Source: an uncultured bacterium (GTDB taxonomy: Bacteria > Abyssobacteria > SURF-5). Taken from it: a stretch of DNA of 64,000 nucleotides. The position numbers were made by a program, and so were the translations under genes. Numbering within the stretch: the stretch's first letter is position 1; each line of letters opens with the position of its first letter. Positions 37,322-49,704 of this stretch are shown in pieces. Location: positions 24,690-88,689 of the forward strand of contig CAYVQZ010000003.1 in assembly GCA_964453435.1 (NCBI GenBank). Direction: 5' to 3'. A model generated the notes under the pieces. That model was not told where the DNA came from. It ran no database searches and was given only the letters and a program-made list of their open reading frames with translations.

Positions 37322-39131
37322 GAGGTTGGAGGTTCAGTTTTTCGCGTCCGGTGGAAACGATGTTGTCCGGAATGTTGCTGCCCGGCCCTTGCCACCGTGG
37401 TTCCGATGAATCCAATTGTTTGCTCCACGAACCCGCGGGCAACTCGAGCTCGGCCGTTTTTCGGGTTGCGCCGAAATGAAGCGCCAGCAGACCCTCACAA
37501 TTTCCTTTCCAGCGGCGTACGGTCAGGACATCGGTTGATTGATATTCGAAAACCTCCATGTGCTCCTTTCTCAGGCAAGTCAACGCCGGCACGGTCTTTC
37601 TAAGACGAATCAATTCCTTGTAGAAATCGAACAGGACGGCGTGGCGTCCCTCGCGCCGCAGATTGTGATTCAGGCGGGTGCCGACGAATGTTTGCTCATC
37701 CTGAGGGTCAGGGGGTTGGCCCCGCCATTGGAACTGGGCAAATTCCTCTTGTCTGCCCTTTCGCACCGCCTCCACAAGTTCGGGGTCCAAATGGCTCACG
37801 AAATACGGGAAGCGGGCCGTCTCGGCGTACTCTTCCCCCATGAACAGCAACGGAATAGAAGGCGAAAGCAATACCGCTGTGGCTGCCAGCTTCAGGGCTT
37901 CAAAGGGCACCAGCTCGCTCAGGCGCTCGCCCATCATTCGGTTTCCGACCTGGTCGTGGTTCTGGTTGAAGACCACAAACCGGTTTGGATCGATATCGCG
38001 AGAGGAATTGCCGTGGCGTCGACGCCGAAATCGCGAATACCTGCCCGAGTAGACGTAGCCCTCGCGAAAAGCCGTTGCCAGGTCCGTCAATTCCCCAAAA
38101 TCCTGGTAATAGCCGTCTTCCTCTTCTGTGAGCAACGCATGCAAGGCATGATGGAAGTCGTCGTTCCACTGGGCGTCCAGACCAAGCCCCCCGAATTCTC
38201 TCGACCGAATGATTCCGGCGTCGTTCAAATCGCTTTCCGCAATAAGGTAGACTTTTCGGCCCAGACGCTCAGCATGCGCACGCACGGCAAGCGCAAGCTG
38301 TTCGAGGAACGGCTGCGCCGAAAAGTCCAGTATGGCGTGCACCGCGTCAATGCGCAGCGCATCGATGTGAAATTCCGCAATCCAATAGATTGCATTTTCG
38401 ATGAAGAAGTGGCGAACGCCGTCGCTGTATTCGCCGTCGTAATTTACCGCTGCTCCCCACGGGGTCTTGTATCGGTCGGTGAAATACGGGCCATAATCCC
38501 GGAGATAGTTTCCTTCAGGCCCCAGGTGATTGTACACCACGTCCAGGACAACCGCCAGCCCCTTTGCGTGGGCCGCGTTCACGAGCCGCTTCAGCCCTGC
38601 GGGTCCGCCATACGAATTCTGAACGGCAAACGGGTAAGCACCGTCATAGCCCCAATTACGACTGCCCGGAAACTGAGCGACCGGCATAAGTTCTATCGCG
38701 GTTATGTCCAGTTCCTTCAAGTATTCGAGGCGCCGGATAACGGCGTCGAAGACGCCCTCTTGCGAGAAGGTTCCCACATGGACCTCATAGAGTATGTACT
38801 CATCGATGGAAAGGCCGGTCCACCGACCGTCGGTCCAGTCAAATCGGGGATCAATTACCTGCGACGGCTTATGAACGCCTTCCGGTTGAAAACGGGAGGC
38901 CGGGTCGGGACGCTCGATGTTCTCATCCAGCCGGTACAGGTATCGTGTTCCCGGATTCACGCCGTCAACAACCGCCTCATGATAGCCCCATTCGTTATTG
39001 CTCAATGGAACGAGGCGCTCGCGGGGGGCGAGGAGGCGCACCTCGACCCTGTGTGCGAGAGGAGCCCACACGCGAAAGCAACAGCGATTCCCTCCCAGGT
39101 AGTTCGCCCCAAGGCTGACAATCGAGTTCAT
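37284..39131 (-). CDS. treZ: Malto-oligosyltrehalose trehalohydrolase (GH13_10).
   Basis: N-terminal CBM48-like region ([15 protein letters not shown]). The GH13 core has GFDGWRFDAV-like and [13 protein letters not shown] motifs. Length is 615 aa. Confidence 0.9.
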   Translation of the reverse strand: MNSIVSLGANYLGGNRCCFRVWAPLAHRVEVRLLAPRERLVPLSNNEWGYHEAVVDGVNPGTRYLYRLDENIERPDPASRFQPEGVHKPSQVIDPRFDWTDGRWTGLSIDEYILYEVHVGTFSQEGVFDAVIRRLEYLKELDITAIELMPVAQFPGSRNWGYDGAYPFAVQNSYGGPAGLKRLVNAAHAKGLAVVLDVVYNHLGPEGNYLRDYGPYFTDRYKTPWGAAVNYDGEYSDGVRHFFIENAIYWIAEFHIDALRIDAVHAILDFSAQPFLEQLALAVRAHAERLGRKVYLIAESDLNDAGIIRSREFGGLGLDAQWNDDFHHALHALLTEEEDGYYQDFGELTDLATAFREGYVYSGRYSRFRRRRHGNSSRDIDPNRFVVFNQNHDQVGNRMMGERLSELVPFEALKLAATAVLLSPSIPLLFMGEEYAETARFPYFVSHLDPELVEAVRKGRQEEFAQFQWRGQPPDPQDEQTFVGTRLNHNLRREGRHAVLFDFYKELIRLRKTVPALTCLRKEHMEVFEYQSTDVLTVRRWKGNCEGLLALHFGATRKTAELELPAGSWSKQLDSSEPRWQGPGSNIPDNIVSTGREKLNLQPHECVFFVREARY

Positions 39132-41056
39132 ATGTCCTCGCCTTCGCCCTTCAAGAAGAGCGCACCGAGCGGGGGCAGGCTGAGATTCAGGGCATAAGGC
39201 CGTCCGTGGACTTGAACCGGCGCCGCCTCGACTCCTCCCATATTTCCGAAGCCGCTCCCTCCGTACTGCGACGAGTCGCTGTTTAACGCCTCTTTCCAGA
39301 AGCCTCCATGCGGCGCGCCTACCCGGTAATTCTGGCGCGGCACCGGTGTAAAATTCATGACAACAATCACATTATCAGCCGGTGAACGCCCCTTCCTCAG
39401 CAGACTGAGGATGGACTGCTCGGAGTCGTTGCAATCTATCCACTCGAATCCCGCAGGCTCAAAGTCCAATTCGTGGAGCGCCGGCTCGTTTTTGTAAAGG
39501 CTGTTCAAGTCTTCGACCCAGTGTTTCAGTCCCTGATGAGCGGGATAATCCAGCAGGTTCCACTGCAGTCCCTGTTCGTGATACCACTCGTCCCATTGGC
39601 CGAACTCTCCACCCATGAAAAGCAATTTCTTGCCCGGCTGAGAATACATGTATCCGTAAAGTAGTCGCAGGTTCGCAAATTTCTGCCAATCATCGCCCGG
39701 CATCTTTCTCAAGAGAGACCCTTTGCCGTGGACGATCTCATCGTGTGAGAGCGGCAGGACGAAATTTTCGTGGAACGCATACAGCAGGCGGAAAGTCAGC
39801 CGGTTGTGATGGAACTTTCGAAAAACGGGGTCTTTCGACATGTAGTCGAGCGTGTCGTGCATCCACCCCATGTCCCACTTCATGCCGAAGCCTAAACCTC
39901 CGACGTAGGTTGGTGTGGAGACCATCGGCCACGCCGTGGACTCCTCTGCGATGGTCTGGGCCTCGGGAAAGTTTTTGTAGATTTCTTCGTTGAACCGACG
40001 CAGAAACGCTATGGCCTCGAGGTTCTCGTTTCCGCCGTATTTGTTTGGAATCCATTCTCCCTGTCTGCGCGAATAGTCGAGATAAAGCATCGAGGCGACA
40101 GCATCCACGCGGAGGCCGTCGGCATGGTACACATCGAGCCAGAAGAGGGCGCTGCTCAGGAGAAAGCTCTGCACTTCGTCGCGCCCGTAATTGAACACGA
40201 GGCTGTTCCAATCGGGGTGAATGCCTTGTCGGGGGTCGCTGTGTTCATACAGGTGCGTGCCGTCGAAGTAGCCAAGGCCGTGTTCATCGCTCGGGAAATG
40301 AGAAGGCACCCAATCCAGAATCACGCCGATGCCATGCTGGTGAAGGCAATCGATCAGATACATGAAATCCTGGGGGGAGCCATAGCGGCTTGTGGGCGCG
40401 AAGTAACCGAGGCTCTGATATCCCCACGAGCCGTAAAACGGATGTTCCATGACCGGCAGCAATTCCACGTGGGTGTATCCCATGTTCTTCACATACTCCG
40501 CCAGTCTGGGAGCGAGTTCCCGGTAGGAGAGCGACCTGTTTTCCTCCTGGGGCAATCGCATCCATGACCCGACATGAACTTCGTAGGTAGCGAGCGCCGA
40601 ATCGGTCGAATTGTTTCTGCCGCGGTTCTTCATCCATTCTTCATCGCCCCAGGAATAATTCAGGTCCCAGATTATTGAGGCTGTATTGGGGGAAACCTCA
40701 TTGCAGAATGCGAAAGGGTCGGACTTATCGACTCGATAGTTGTTGAATCGTGAGACGATATGATATTTGTATTTTGTTCCGGTGGCGATTGCCGGGATAA
40801 ATCCTTCCCAGATGCCTGAAGCGCCTCGCGCTCGCAATGGATGGCTCGATTTATTCCAATCGTTGAAGTCACCTATGACGGAGACCTTTTCGGCGTTTGG
40901 CGCCCATAGGGCGAACAGGGTTCCTGTCACTTCGTTCTTTTCGCGCATAACGTGCGCGCCCAGTTTATTGTACAGGCGAAAGTGACTGCCCTCGTTGAAC
41001 AGGTATAGGTCGTCCTCCGTCAAGAGGGAAATATCGTATCGCATAAATCCTCCCAT
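39128..41056 (-). CDS. glgB: 1,4-alpha-glucan branching enzyme (GH13_9).
   Basis: [22 protein letters not shown] and [13 protein letters not shown] motifs. Length is 642 aa. There is a 4 nt overlap with treZ. Confidence 0.9.
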   Translation of the reverse strand: MGGFMRYDISLLTEDDLYLFNEGSHFRLYNKLGAHVMREKNEVTGTLFALWAPNAEKVSVIGDFNDWNKSSHPLRARGASGIWEGFIPAIATGTKYKYHIVSRFNNYRVDKSDPFAFCNEVSPNTASIIWDLNYSWGDEEWMKNRGRNNSTDSALATYEVHVGSWMRLPQEENRSLSYRELAPRLAEYVKNMGYTHVELLPVMEHPFYGSWGYQSLGYFAPTSRYGSPQDFMYLIDCLHQHGIGVILDWVPSHFPSDEHGLGYFDGTHLYEHSDPRQGIHPDWNSLVFNYGRDEVQSFLLSSALFWLDVYHADGLRVDAVASMLYLDYSRRQGEWIPNKYGGNENLEAIAFLRRFNEEIYKNFPEAQTIAEESTAWPMVSTPTYVGGLGFGMKWDMGWMHDTLDYMSKDPVFRKFHHNRLTFRLLYAFHENFVLPLSHDEIVHGKGSLLRKMPGDDWQKFANLRLLYGYMYSQPGKKLLFMGGEFGQWDEWYHEQGLQWNLLDYPAHQGLKHWVEDLNSLYKNEPALHELDFEPAGFEWIDCNDSEQSILSLLRKGRSPADNVIVVMNFTPVPRQNYRVGAPHGGFWKEALNSDSSQYGGSGFGNMGGVEAAPVQVHGRPYALNLSLPPLGALFLKGEGEDI

Positions 41057-41102
41057 TTTGTTTGCTCGGTTTGTGAATCCTTTCAGATACTTGTTTCGGC
41101 TA

Positions 41103-44100
41103 TCATCCTTCGGTTTGCAGAAGTTGTTGAATGCCGCGAAGCGGAATCTTCACCCAGTCCGGCCTGTTGTTCAATTCGTAACCGAGCTCATAGATGGATT
41201 TCTCGAGCAGATATGTGTCAAGCAGCATTTTGACCTCCTCCTTCTCGGTGGGAAGGAAACCATCCCGAGCGGCGAAACTCATGTACGACTTGAGAAAGGC
41301 TACGCAAACCCATGCGTGCCAGGCGCCCGCAACATGTTCCAAATATTCGAAATCTTCTTCGCGAAGAATTCCGCTGTCGCGCAGTTGATACAGGGCGGAA
41401 TACGCGGCATAGTGGAACGACCGCAACATGCCGGCGACGTCTCGCAACGGTGAGCGCTTGATTCGGCGTTCGCTCAGAGGGCGCGCGGGCTCTCCCTCGA
41501 AATCGATTATGACAAAATCATTCCCCGTGTACAGCACCTGTCCAAGGTGGTAATCTCCGTGACACCGTATTCGCATAGCCGTTATTTTCTTTTCGAGAAC
41601 CCTTTGAAACCGCTCCAGAATATCTGTCTCGGCCGCCAGAACCGACTGCGCCTCGTCCCGCAGTCCTTCCGGAAGATGCTTCATCCTTCTGCGTAAAAGC
41701 TGACACACTTTTCCGGTAAGGCTGCGAAAGGACTGATAGAGTGACCGTTGATACAACTTTGTAAATGATTCGGGCGCGAAGTCGGAGTCTTCTTTATCCG
41801 TTGCAAGCGCGAGGTGCAGCTCGGCGGTGCGCTGGCCCAAAAGGTAAGCGGACCTCCCGTATGGTCCGACGAGCTCGATGACATTGTCGGACGGGTCCTC
41901 CTGAATGAGGTCCATGAACGCCCGCTCGGGAACATCGAGCTTATCGACTCTGTGGGCCAGGACGTTTTCGAACGTCTGGTTCAGAACGTCTTTGGTGTAT
42001 TCCCAAGCGTCACCCTGGTTTGACACATACCCGTGCAGAATGGCGAGGGTCACAGGTTCGGCCCGTCTTCTCCCGAGTTCGATATGCCCGGCGACCGGCG
42101 GGATGTGCTCGAATTTCTTTTGGGTAAGGAACTTGCCGATCTGAAGGTCGGGATTTATGCCGGGCTCGAGACGCCGGATGAGCTTCAGGATAAGACGCTC
42201 TCCGAAAACAACGGATGTGTTGCTCTGCTCGGCTCTCATGACGGACGGCTCGAGCGGGGATTCGCCGGAACGCAAAATTCGCCGCAGCAGCGGAGTGGAA
42301 GCGGCGACTATTTCTCCTTCTGTGTCCTTCCGGCGGCGGCGCTTCGTTATCGCCTGCAGAAGCGCCTCACAGAATCCTTTGTCCGCCACGGCATCATAGA
42401 GGATTCCACTTGTCTTTCCATCTTTCGTCTCCAGGCGAGCCACGACGGAGAAGGGGGCTTCTTCCATGAGCTTCTCTGCCTGCTCTCCTTCGGCGAACGT
42501 GAGAGGAAGCAGATACGTTTCCGCGTCTCCGTCAAGATAATCGACGTTCAGAAAGACAAAATACGCCGGATGGAGATCTCCCGGCATGGGAAGCGCGTCT
42601 TTGACTGTCACAGCCTTAAGGGGGCGTCCTTTTCCGCCAAACCAGCGGCACACCTGCAGGTAATCGGGCAGGGTCGCCTGGAGCGCGGCCTTTTGTCTGC
42701 CGCGGAACACGGTCTGCCATTCTCCCGCAATGGAAAGAGAGGGCAAGCGGGAAACATATGTGGAGACGTCAATGTTTTCAGTCGCGACACGCTGCGGCCG
42801 CAGCGAGAACCAGTAGAAAGTGTGTGGCCCGAGGGTGAGAAGATACGGCAAATCGCCTATTTGCGGAAACTCCGTTTGACCGAACAGTTCGACGGGAACC
42901 ATGCCTTTGTATGCGTGCAAGTCCAATTCGACGTACTGGACAAACCTCGACAGGTTCGCCACGACAAGAATGCATTCGTCATCATGACAGCGGATGAAGG
43001 CCAATATTTTCCTGTTTTCCGGGTGCAGGAATTCTATGGAGCCCCGTCCGAAGGCCTTGTGTTGCTTTCTCATGGCGATGATGCGTTTCATCCACCAGAG
43101 CAAAGAATGGGGGTTACTCTGCTGCGCTTCGACGTTGATTGCGTCGAAGTGGTATTCGGGTTCAATGATGACGGGCAGATACAATTTCTGCGGACTTGAC
43201 GAGGAGAACCCGGCGTTGCGGTCGGAACTCCACTGCATAGGGGTTCGCACGCCGTTCCGGTCACCGAGGTACACGTTATCTCCCATTCCGATTTCGTCGC
43301 CATAATAGATAACGGGTGTCCCTGGCAGCGAGTAGAGCAACCCGTGCATGATCTCGATTCGTTTGCGGTCATTCCCGAGGAGAGGCGCCAGCCGCCTGCG
43401 GATACCCAGATTGATCCTCATTTGGGAGTCCTGAGCGTAGACCCGGTACATGTAATCGCGTTCCTCATCGGTGACCATTTCCAAAGTGAGTTCATCGTGA
43501 TTGCGCAGAAACAGCGCCCACTGACAAGAATCGGGGATAGCCGGTGTCTGTTCCAGGATGTCGATAATGGGAAAGCGGTCTTCCATACGAAGCGCCATGA
43601 ACAGGCGCGGCATGAGCGGGAAATGAAAAGCCATATGGCATGCATCGTCGTCGCCGAAATAGGCAACGGCGTCTTCCGGCCATTGATTCGCCTCGGCGAG
43701 AATCATTCGGTTTGTAAACCTCTCGTCGACGTGAGCCCGCAGCTTTTTCAGGAAGTCATACGTCTCAGCCAAGTTTTCGCAGTTTGTCCCTTCCCGCTCA
43801 TAGAGATAGGGCACGGCATCCAGCCGCAGGCCGTCCACCCCCGTTTGGAACCAGAAATCAATGACCCGAAGGATTGCCCTCTGCACCTCGGGATTATCGT
43901 AATTCAGGTCTGGCTGGTGAGAATAGAACCGGTGCCAATAGTATGCTTTCGCGACAGGGTCCCACGTCCAGTTCGACGACTCGAAGTCTTTGAAAATGAT
44001 GCGCGCCTCTTTGTAGCGGTCCGGCGTTTCGCTCCACACGTAGAAATCGCGCCAGCGGCTTCCCCTCCTGGCGCGACGGGCCCGCTGATACCACGGATGC

Positions 44101-44456
44101 TGGTCGGAGGTGTGGTTCACGACCAGTTCGGTGATGACACGCAGGCCGCGCCTGTGGGCCTCCCGCAAAAACGCCCTGAAGTCGCGTATTGTTCCATACG
44201 ATGGATGGATCCCCCGATAGTAGGATATGTCATAGCCGTCATCCTTCAAAGGCGACGGGCAGAACGGCAGCAGCCAGATTGCGCCGACACCCAGGTCGTG
44301 AAGGTAGTCAAGTTTTTCGATCAGCCCCTTGAAATCACCTATGCCGTCGCCGTCGCTGTCCCGAAACGCTTTGACATGCAGTTCATAAATCACGCTGTCT
44401 TTGTACCACAGGGGATCGTCTTCCAATGCCGTTAATTCGGCCTTTCGGTCGGCCAT
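41103..44456 (-). CDS. treS: Trehalose synthase (maltose alpha-D-glucosyltransferase) fused to maltokinase (Pep2/Mak).
   Basis: The N-terminal roughly 600 aa matches TreS ([28 protein letters not shown]...[11 protein letters not shown]). The C-terminal roughly 450 aa is aminoglycoside-kinase-like maltokinase. Total length is 1117 aa. Confidence 0.9.
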   Translation of the reverse strand: MADRKAELTALEDDPLWYKDSVIYELHVKAFRDSDGDGIGDFKGLIEKLDYLHDLGVGAIWLLPFCPSPLKDDGYDISYYRGIHPSYGTIRDFRAFLREAHRRGLRVITELVVNHTSDQHPWYQRARRARRGSRWRDFYVWSETPDRYKEARIIFKDFESSNWTWDPVAKAYYWHRFYSHQPDLNYDNPEVQRAILRVIDFWFQTGVDGLRLDAVPYLYEREGTNCENLAETYDFLKKLRAHVDERFTNRMILAEANQWPEDAVAYFGDDDACHMAFHFPLMPRLFMALRMEDRFPIIDILEQTPAIPDSCQWALFLRNHDELTLEMVTDEERDYMYRVYAQDSQMRINLGIRRRLAPLLGNDRKRIEIMHGLLYSLPGTPVIYYGDEIGMGDNVYLGDRNGVRTPMQWSSDRNAGFSSSSPQKLYLPVIIEPEYHFDAINVEAQQSNPHSLLWWMKRIIAMRKQHKAFGRGSIEFLHPENRKILAFIRCHDDECILVVANLSRFVQYVELDLHAYKGMVPVELFGQTEFPQIGDLPYLLTLGPHTFYWFSLRPQRVATENIDVSTYVSRLPSLSIAGEWQTVFRGRQKAALQATLPDYLQVCRWFGGKGRPLKAVTVKDALPMPGDLHPAYFVFLNVDYLDGDAETYLLPLTFAEGEQAEKLMEEAPFSVVARLETKDGKTSGILYDAVADKGFCEALLQAITKRRRRKDTEGEIVAASTPLLRRILRSGESPLEPSVMRAEQSNTSVVFGERLILKLIRRLEPGINPDLQIGKFLTQKKFEHIPPVAGHIELGRRRAEPVTLAILHGYVSNQGDAWEYTKDVLNQTFENVLAHRVDKLDVPERAFMDLIQEDPSDNVIELVGPYGRSAYLLGQRTAELHLALATDKEDSDFAPESFTKLYQRSLYQSFRSLTGKVCQLLRRRMKHLPEGLRDEAQSVLAAETDILERFQRVLEKKITAMRIRCHGDYHLGQVLYTGNDFVIIDFEGEPARPLSERRIKRSPLRDVAGMLRSFHYAAYSALYQLRDSGILREEDFEYLEHVAGAWHAWVCVAFLKSYMSFAARDGFLPTEKEEVKMLLDTYLLEKSIYELGYELNNRPDWVKIPLRGIQQLLQTEG

Positions 44457-44471
44457 ATCAACTCCTGAGTT

Positions 44472-46529
44472 CTACATGAAATAATCGAAGTCACGCTCGG
44501 TTCGAATCCGCCGCCTCACTTTGAAGATGTGAGCCGGCGCCACTTGGGGATTGACCTCCACGTAATTACTCGAGCCGTACCAGAGGTAGCGCGAATCGCT
44601 CAACAGGTCGTGCACTTGATAGGGTTGATGTAGGTCAAACCCGAAGGAGGAAACAGGGAGTTCGAGCCACCCCGCATGCGTGTGATGGGGGTCCAGATTC
44701 ACGACCACCAGGATAATGTTGGTCAAGTCGTCGGTGTGCTTGCTGTAACATATCAGTTGTTCGCTGTCTATCTCATGAAATTCGAGATTCGCGTCGCTTT
44801 GCAGCGCGATGTTTTCGCGGCGTATCCGGTTCACGCGCCTGATGATTCCCCTGAGACTGTCGGAACGCTCGATGTCCCAGTGCCTGACTTGATACTTTTC
44901 GGAATCCAGATACTCCTCGCTCCCAAACTCGCGGGCCCGGTTCTCGCACAGTTCGAAGGCAGGCCCGTAGACTCCATAATTGGAGCCGAGCGTTGCGGCA
45001 AGTATCAGGCGGGCGATGAAAGCCGGCCGTCCTCCCATCTGGAGATATTCCGTTAGAATATCCGGTGTGTTTGGCCACAGGTTAGGCCGGAAATATTCCC
45101 GCACCCCGGAATCCGAGAGGTGCGTGAAATATTCCATAAGTTCCCACTTCGTATTCCGCCAGGCGAAATACGTGTAGGACTGGCTAAATCCCGACTTGGC
45201 AAGTCGATACATCACCTTGGGGCGGGTGAACGCCTCAGAGAGAAAAACAGTCTCCGGATAGTCTCTTTTCACCCCCTCGATGAGCCATTCCCAAAAAGGA
45301 AGCGGCTTTGTATGTGGATTGTCCACTCGGAAGACACGGATACCTTTATCGATCCAGAAAAGCACGACACTCTTCAGCTCTTCCCAGAGCTCCTTCCAGT
45401 TATCGGTCTCAAAACAGAATGGGTAGATGTCTTCATACTTTTTGGGCGGATTCTCGGCGTACTGAATGGAGCCGTCCGGACGGAGCAGAAACCACTCCGG
45501 ATGCTCTTTTACATAGGGATGGTCCGGGGTACACTGAAACGCAATGTCGATCGCAACCTCGATGCCGTACTCACGGGCTTTGCGCACAAGGCTCACCATG
45601 TCGTTTATGGCGCCGAGTTGGGGATGCACGGCCATGTGTCCTCCTTCGGCGGAGCCAATCGCCCACGGACTACCCGGGTCATCCGGTTCGGCAACCGGCG
45701 CATTATTCTTCCCCTTCCGGTTTGTCTCGCCGATGGGATGTATGGGTGGCAGATAAAGCACATCGAATCCCATTCCCGCAATGTAAGGCAGGCGAGCCTC
45801 GCAATCTTTCAGGGTTCCGTGCGTACCGGGTTCGGGAGCGCAGGACCGCGGAAACATTTCGTACCAGGCGCTGAAACGCGCCCTCTCTCGGTCCACAACC
45901 ACTTGAAGCTCCTTGTACGTCGTCGCGAATGAGATGGCCTGATAGTCTGACATCAGGGATGCCAATTCATCGCTGAAGGCGACCTCCGCAACGCTGTCCG
46001 GCCGGTCGCCAGAGCGCAGCAATCCCGCATATTCGCGGAGCTTGTCCCCGGCTGACCTCGGGGCGCGCAACGCCGCTTGTTCGACCATCTCGGCGCCGAA
46101 AAGGAGATCAACCGAGACTTCGAGGCCGGCTTCGACTTTCTTCTCGAGCCCGCGCCGCCATGTCTTGAATCCGTCAACGCACGCCCGCACCGTGTATACA
46201 TATCTGCCGATATAGGCGACTTCGAAGCAACCACGCCATCGGTCATTCAGCAAAAAATGCATCGGCGTCTCGCTCCAGCTCGAGGCCGATTCCGTTCGGT
46301 AAAGCAGCGAACAGGAAAGAGAGTCGTTGCTGTCCGCAAAAATGTCGGCTTCGACAACCACTTGCTCGCCGACCGCTCGCTTTATGGGAAAACGGCCACA
46401 ATCGATTTCTGGTGTAACTCCCTCTATTACGACACGCTTACGACCTTCTTCCGGCGCCATATCCTCCCTTCCTTTTTTGAATCCGCTTCGACCGGCGCAT
46501 AACGACGATTTCATTGAAGTATAGCACAC
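44472..46529 (-). CDS. glgE: Alpha-1,4-glucan:maltose-1-phosphate maltosyltransferase. The start may be the internal MAPEEG at about 46460.
   Basis: CGRFPIKRAVGE N-domain and LPPIHPIGETNRKGKNN...GSPWAIGS GlgE signature region. Length is 685 aa. Confidence 0.9.
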   Translation of the reverse strand: MCYTSMKSSLCAGRSGFKKGREDMAPEEGRKRVVIEGVTPEIDCGRFPIKRAVGEQVVVEADIFADSNDSLSCSLLYRTESASSWSETPMHFLLNDRWRGCFEVAYIGRYVYTVRACVDGFKTWRRGLEKKVEAGLEVSVDLLFGAEMVEQAALRAPRSAGDKLREYAGLLRSGDRPDSVAEVAFSDELASLMSDYQAISFATTYKELQVVVDRERARFSAWYEMFPRSCAPEPGTHGTLKDCEARLPYIAGMGFDVLYLPPIHPIGETNRKGKNNAPVAEPDDPGSPWAIGSAEGGHMAVHPQLGAINDMVSLVRKAREYGIEVAIDIAFQCTPDHPYVKEHPEWFLLRPDGSIQYAENPPKKYEDIYPFCFETDNWKELWEELKSVVLFWIDKGIRVFRVDNPHTKPLPFWEWLIEGVKRDYPETVFLSEAFTRPKVMYRLAKSGFSQSYTYFAWRNTKWELMEYFTHLSDSGVREYFRPNLWPNTPDILTEYLQMGGRPAFIARLILAATLGSNYGVYGPAFELCENRAREFGSEEYLDSEKYQVRHWDIERSDSLRGIIRRVNRIRRENIALQSDANLEFHEIDSEQLICYSKHTDDLTNIILVVVNLDPHHTHAGWLELPVSSFGFDLHQPYQVHDLLSDSRYLWYGSSNYVEVNPQVAPAHIFKVRRRIRTERDFDYFM

Positions 46530-46641
46530 ACCTGCCGGTCGCTTCTAATGAAACGGTCCCCAGACAATCGCTCGCAACGCGGCAAAACGGGCAATCTTGG
46601 GACTCTTTCATAGCGCCTCCTGCGCACGCTTCAGAATCGGC

Positions 46642-47700
46642 TTATTGAGCGATTTGCCGGAATTCTGCGCGCATCTTCGGCAAACTGTCGGGATAGTTTC
46701 TCTGCACAAACTCGATGAGTTTCTCTCTCACGATGCATCGGAGCTCCCAGGCGCTCGATGAATCCGAGGCGCTCACAAGAGCTCGCAGCTCCACTGTTCT
46801 TTCCGTGCTGTTCGTTACCTGCAGCACGCATACCTTGCCGTCCCACTTGTCCGAGCTTTTCACAATCTGGTGCAACTGCTCCCGTATTTCCCCGGTCGGA
46901 ACGGTATAGTCGACATAAAGAAAAACTGCGCCAAGCAGGTCGGCGGAGACGCGGGTCCAGTTCTGGAACGGTTTTTCGAGAAAATAAGTGATCGGCACGA
47001 CCAAGCGTCTCAGGTCCCAGATGCGAACAACCACATATGTGAGCGTAATTTCCTCGATTCGTCCCCACTCGTTTTCGACTATGACAACGTCATCGATACG
47101 AATGGGACCGGTCATGGCAATCTGAAAGCCGGCCAAAAGCGTCGCGATCGTTCTCTGTGCCGCAAAACCGATGATGATACCCGCAATACCCGCCGAGGCC
47201 AGGATGCTGGTACCCAGTTGCCGGACTTTGTCAAACGTCATCAAGACAACAGCCAAGGCGAGCACTCCTACCACAACCATAACCACTCTTTTCAGCATCT
47301 GAATCTGTGTATGAATTTTCCGGGCTTGAAGATTGTCTTTCACGTCGACCCTGTACTGACTGAGAATGATGTCTTCCCCAACATACGCCAGCTTGATGAT
47401 AAGCCAGGCGACGGAAAGGATCAGGACGACGCTGAACGCCTGGTTGAGAAACACCCCGATGTTGGGAGAAACCGCAACCAGCGGCAGCAAAAGGTGAATG
47501 ACAACAAGGGGGATAATCACTCGCGACGGTGCGCGACAGTGCTTTACGAATGACGTGCCGAGAGTCGACTTGGTTCTTTCCGAAACTGTCCGAAAAATTT
47601 TGAAAATAACATAGTGGGCTATCAACCCCAAAACGACTGCCACACCGAGAATAACGACCGGTCGTAACAACTCTTCCCAATCCAAGAGCAGGTCTTTCAT
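46642..47700 (-). CDS. mscS: Small-conductance mechanosensitive channel (MscS family).
   Basis: The pore-lining helix region IIIGFAAQRTIATLLAGFQIAMTG is followed by the beta-domain DDVVIVENEWGRIEEITLTYVVVRIWD. Confidence 0.8.
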   Translation of the reverse strand: MKDLLLDWEELLRPVVILGVAVVLGLIAHYVIFKIFRTVSERTKSTLGTSFVKHCRAPSRVIIPLVVIHLLLPLVAVSPNIGVFLNQAFSVVLILSVAWLIIKLAYVGEDIILSQYRVDVKDNLQARKIHTQIQMLKRVVMVVVGVLALAVVLMTFDKVRQLGTSILASAGIAGIIIGFAAQRTIATLLAGFQIAMTGPIRIDDVVIVENEWGRIEEITLTYVVVRIWDLRRLVVPITYFLEKPFQNWTRVSADLLGAVFLYVDYTVPTGEIREQLHQIVKSSDKWDGKVCVLQVTNSTERTVELRALVSASDSSSAWELRCIVREKLIEFVQRNYPDSLPKMRAEFRQIAQ

Positions 47701-48132
47701 TTTTCTCTCTCCTTGATATTTCTCCCGTCTTTCCGAGCGCCCTTATAATCAATACGCGTCAACACTCTTCTTCCGAGCGGTTTGCTTAAACTTATCGAAT
47801 TTCCAATTCGAACGCAAACAGGGCAAAGAAGGTAACGAAATGAATTCCCTGCGGGAAAAGGCAAGCGGGAACATCCTGCCAATTGGATTGCGGTTGCCAT
47901 CGGGGGTTGGGACCAACTACTCGACAAACTTGACACTTCCGCGCCGGGCTCGATAGAATGAACCATCGGAAGCCATCAGCCCCCGCTGATTCTATCTTAA
48001 ATAGAATTTAATTATTGAAAACAACCACTCTCCGGTTTTTTCCGGGCGCCTTGATCAGGGTAACGGGAGATAGCGATCAATCGTCAACAATACATTCTCA
48101 TAGTCGATGCCGATAAGCACTCGCAAAATCGA

Positions 48133-49425
48133 ATGAAGGCCGCATTGCGAGACGAAAACACCGCCTGTGATTGCGTTGCGGATTTCCTGTCGGCTGTGAA
48201 AATGCTTTCGAAGAAGACATACGACCTGGTTCTCACCGAGCTGAGCCTTCCGGACAGGGCCGGGCAAGAACTTGTCAAGTTGATAGCCGAGAAAAGCCCT
48301 TCCACTCAGATTCTTGTTGTCACATCTTCCGGCGATTCCCGTAAAGTCAGCGAATGCATGGAAATAGGGGCCTTCAATTATCTGCGCAAACCCTTCAAGC
48401 CCGGTCAGCTTCGGTTTCTGGCCAAGACGGCCTTCGACACGCAGCCGCCGAAAAGCGAAAACCTGTTTCTCGAGGGAAGGGAGGCCTTCAGCCAAACAGA
48501 CAACCTGGTTGGGAGAAGCCGGGCCATGCAGAAGGTATACGGACAGATACGCCTTGCGGCGAGCACCGATATTGATGTCCTCCTCACCGGGGAAAGCGGT
48601 ACGGGCAAAGAACTTGTGGCCCGCTCCATTCACCGCGAGAGCAAGCGGTGTGAGGGACCATTCATCGCGGTGAACACGGGCGCCATCGAGTCCAACCTGA
48701 TTTCCAGCGAACTGTTCGGACATGTGAGAGGCGCGTTCACCGGCGCCAGGAACACCCGGAAGGGAATGTTCGAGATGGCGCATGGCGGCACCCTGTTTCT
48801 CGATGAACTCAGCACAATGGACGAACAGACCCAGATAAGCCTTCTTCGCGTATTGGATAACAAGGTGATCACTCGCGTCGGCGGCTCCAAACCAATAAAG
48901 GTGGATGTGCGGATAATAGCCGCCTCAAATGCAATTCTGGAACAAGAGGTTGAATCCGCCCGTTTTCGGGAGGATGTGTATCATCGCCTGAACGTATTCA
49001 CGGTCCACATGCCGCCTCTGCGCAAGCGCACATCCGACATCAAGATTCTTGCCGCCGTCTTCGTCGACCAGTTTTCCCGCGAATTCAATAAGAATATCCG
49101 GGGCATTTCAGAAGAGGCGCTCGCGCTTCTGGAAAATTACGCGTGGCCCGGCAATGTGCGAGAATTGAAAAACTCGATTCAACGGGCTGTGTTGTTGGCT
49201 GAGAGCGATATGATCATTCCGTCCGTGCTGCCGGACCGGTTGCACAGGAAACGTGATGTCTCAACAGGGGTTGCGCTGAAAGTCGGGATGACATTGGAAG
49301 AGGCGGAGCGCGCTCTGATTGCGGCAACGCTTTCGCACGTGAACGGGAACAAGAAGAAGGCTTCGGAGATTTTGGGGATAAGCCGCAAGTGCATGTATAA
49401 CAAGATTAGCAAGTACGCCCTTTGA
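48133..49425 (+). CDS. Sigma-54-dependent transcriptional activator (NtrC-family enhancer-binding protein) with an atypical, N-terminally ambiguous receiver domain.
   Basis: AAA+ domain with GESGTGKE Walker A and the GAFTGA motif. C-terminal Fis-type HTH (ASEILGISRKCMYNKI). Receiver residues are encoded upstream of the annotated ATG, see findings. Confidence 0.85.
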   Translation: MKAALRDENTACDCVADFLSAVKMLSKKTYDLVLTELSLPDRAGQELVKLIAEKSPSTQILVVTSSGDSRKVSECMEIGAFNYLRKPFKPGQLRFLAKTAFDTQPPKSENLFLEGREAFSQTDNLVGRSRAMQKVYGQIRLAASTDIDVLLTGESGTGKELVARSIHRESKRCEGPFIAVNTGAIESNLISSELFGHVRGAFTGARNTRKGMFEMAHGGTLFLDELSTMDEQTQISLLRVLDNKVITRVGGSKPIKVDVRIIAASNAILEQEVESARFREDVYHRLNVFTVHMPPLRKRTSDIKILAAVFVDQFSREFNKNIRGISEEALALLENYAWPGNVRELKNSIQRAVLLAESDMIIPSVLPDRLHRKRDVSTGVALKVGMTLEEAERALIAATLSHVNGNKKKASEILGISRKCMYNKISKYAL

Positions 49426-49704
49426 TTGTATATTTATTACACAGAACTCTCGAACATCGCGCCGCCGGTTGTTTTTTCCGTTATATCAGCGATTTTTGAC
49501 AGGCCAAAAAATCGGGGATGTGAAGAATGTGCTCATTTTTTTCGGATATATCGATTATGAGTATTATTTATACATACTACCCCATAATTTTCCCGCATTA
49601 ACGCCGTTCCAACTCTCCTTCCGCAGGATTTTCAACTTTTTCAAAATTAGAACCTCTTTCTTTTCACAGGGTTAGCAGAGGGGCTTCTTAAGAGACCCGC
49701 TCTT

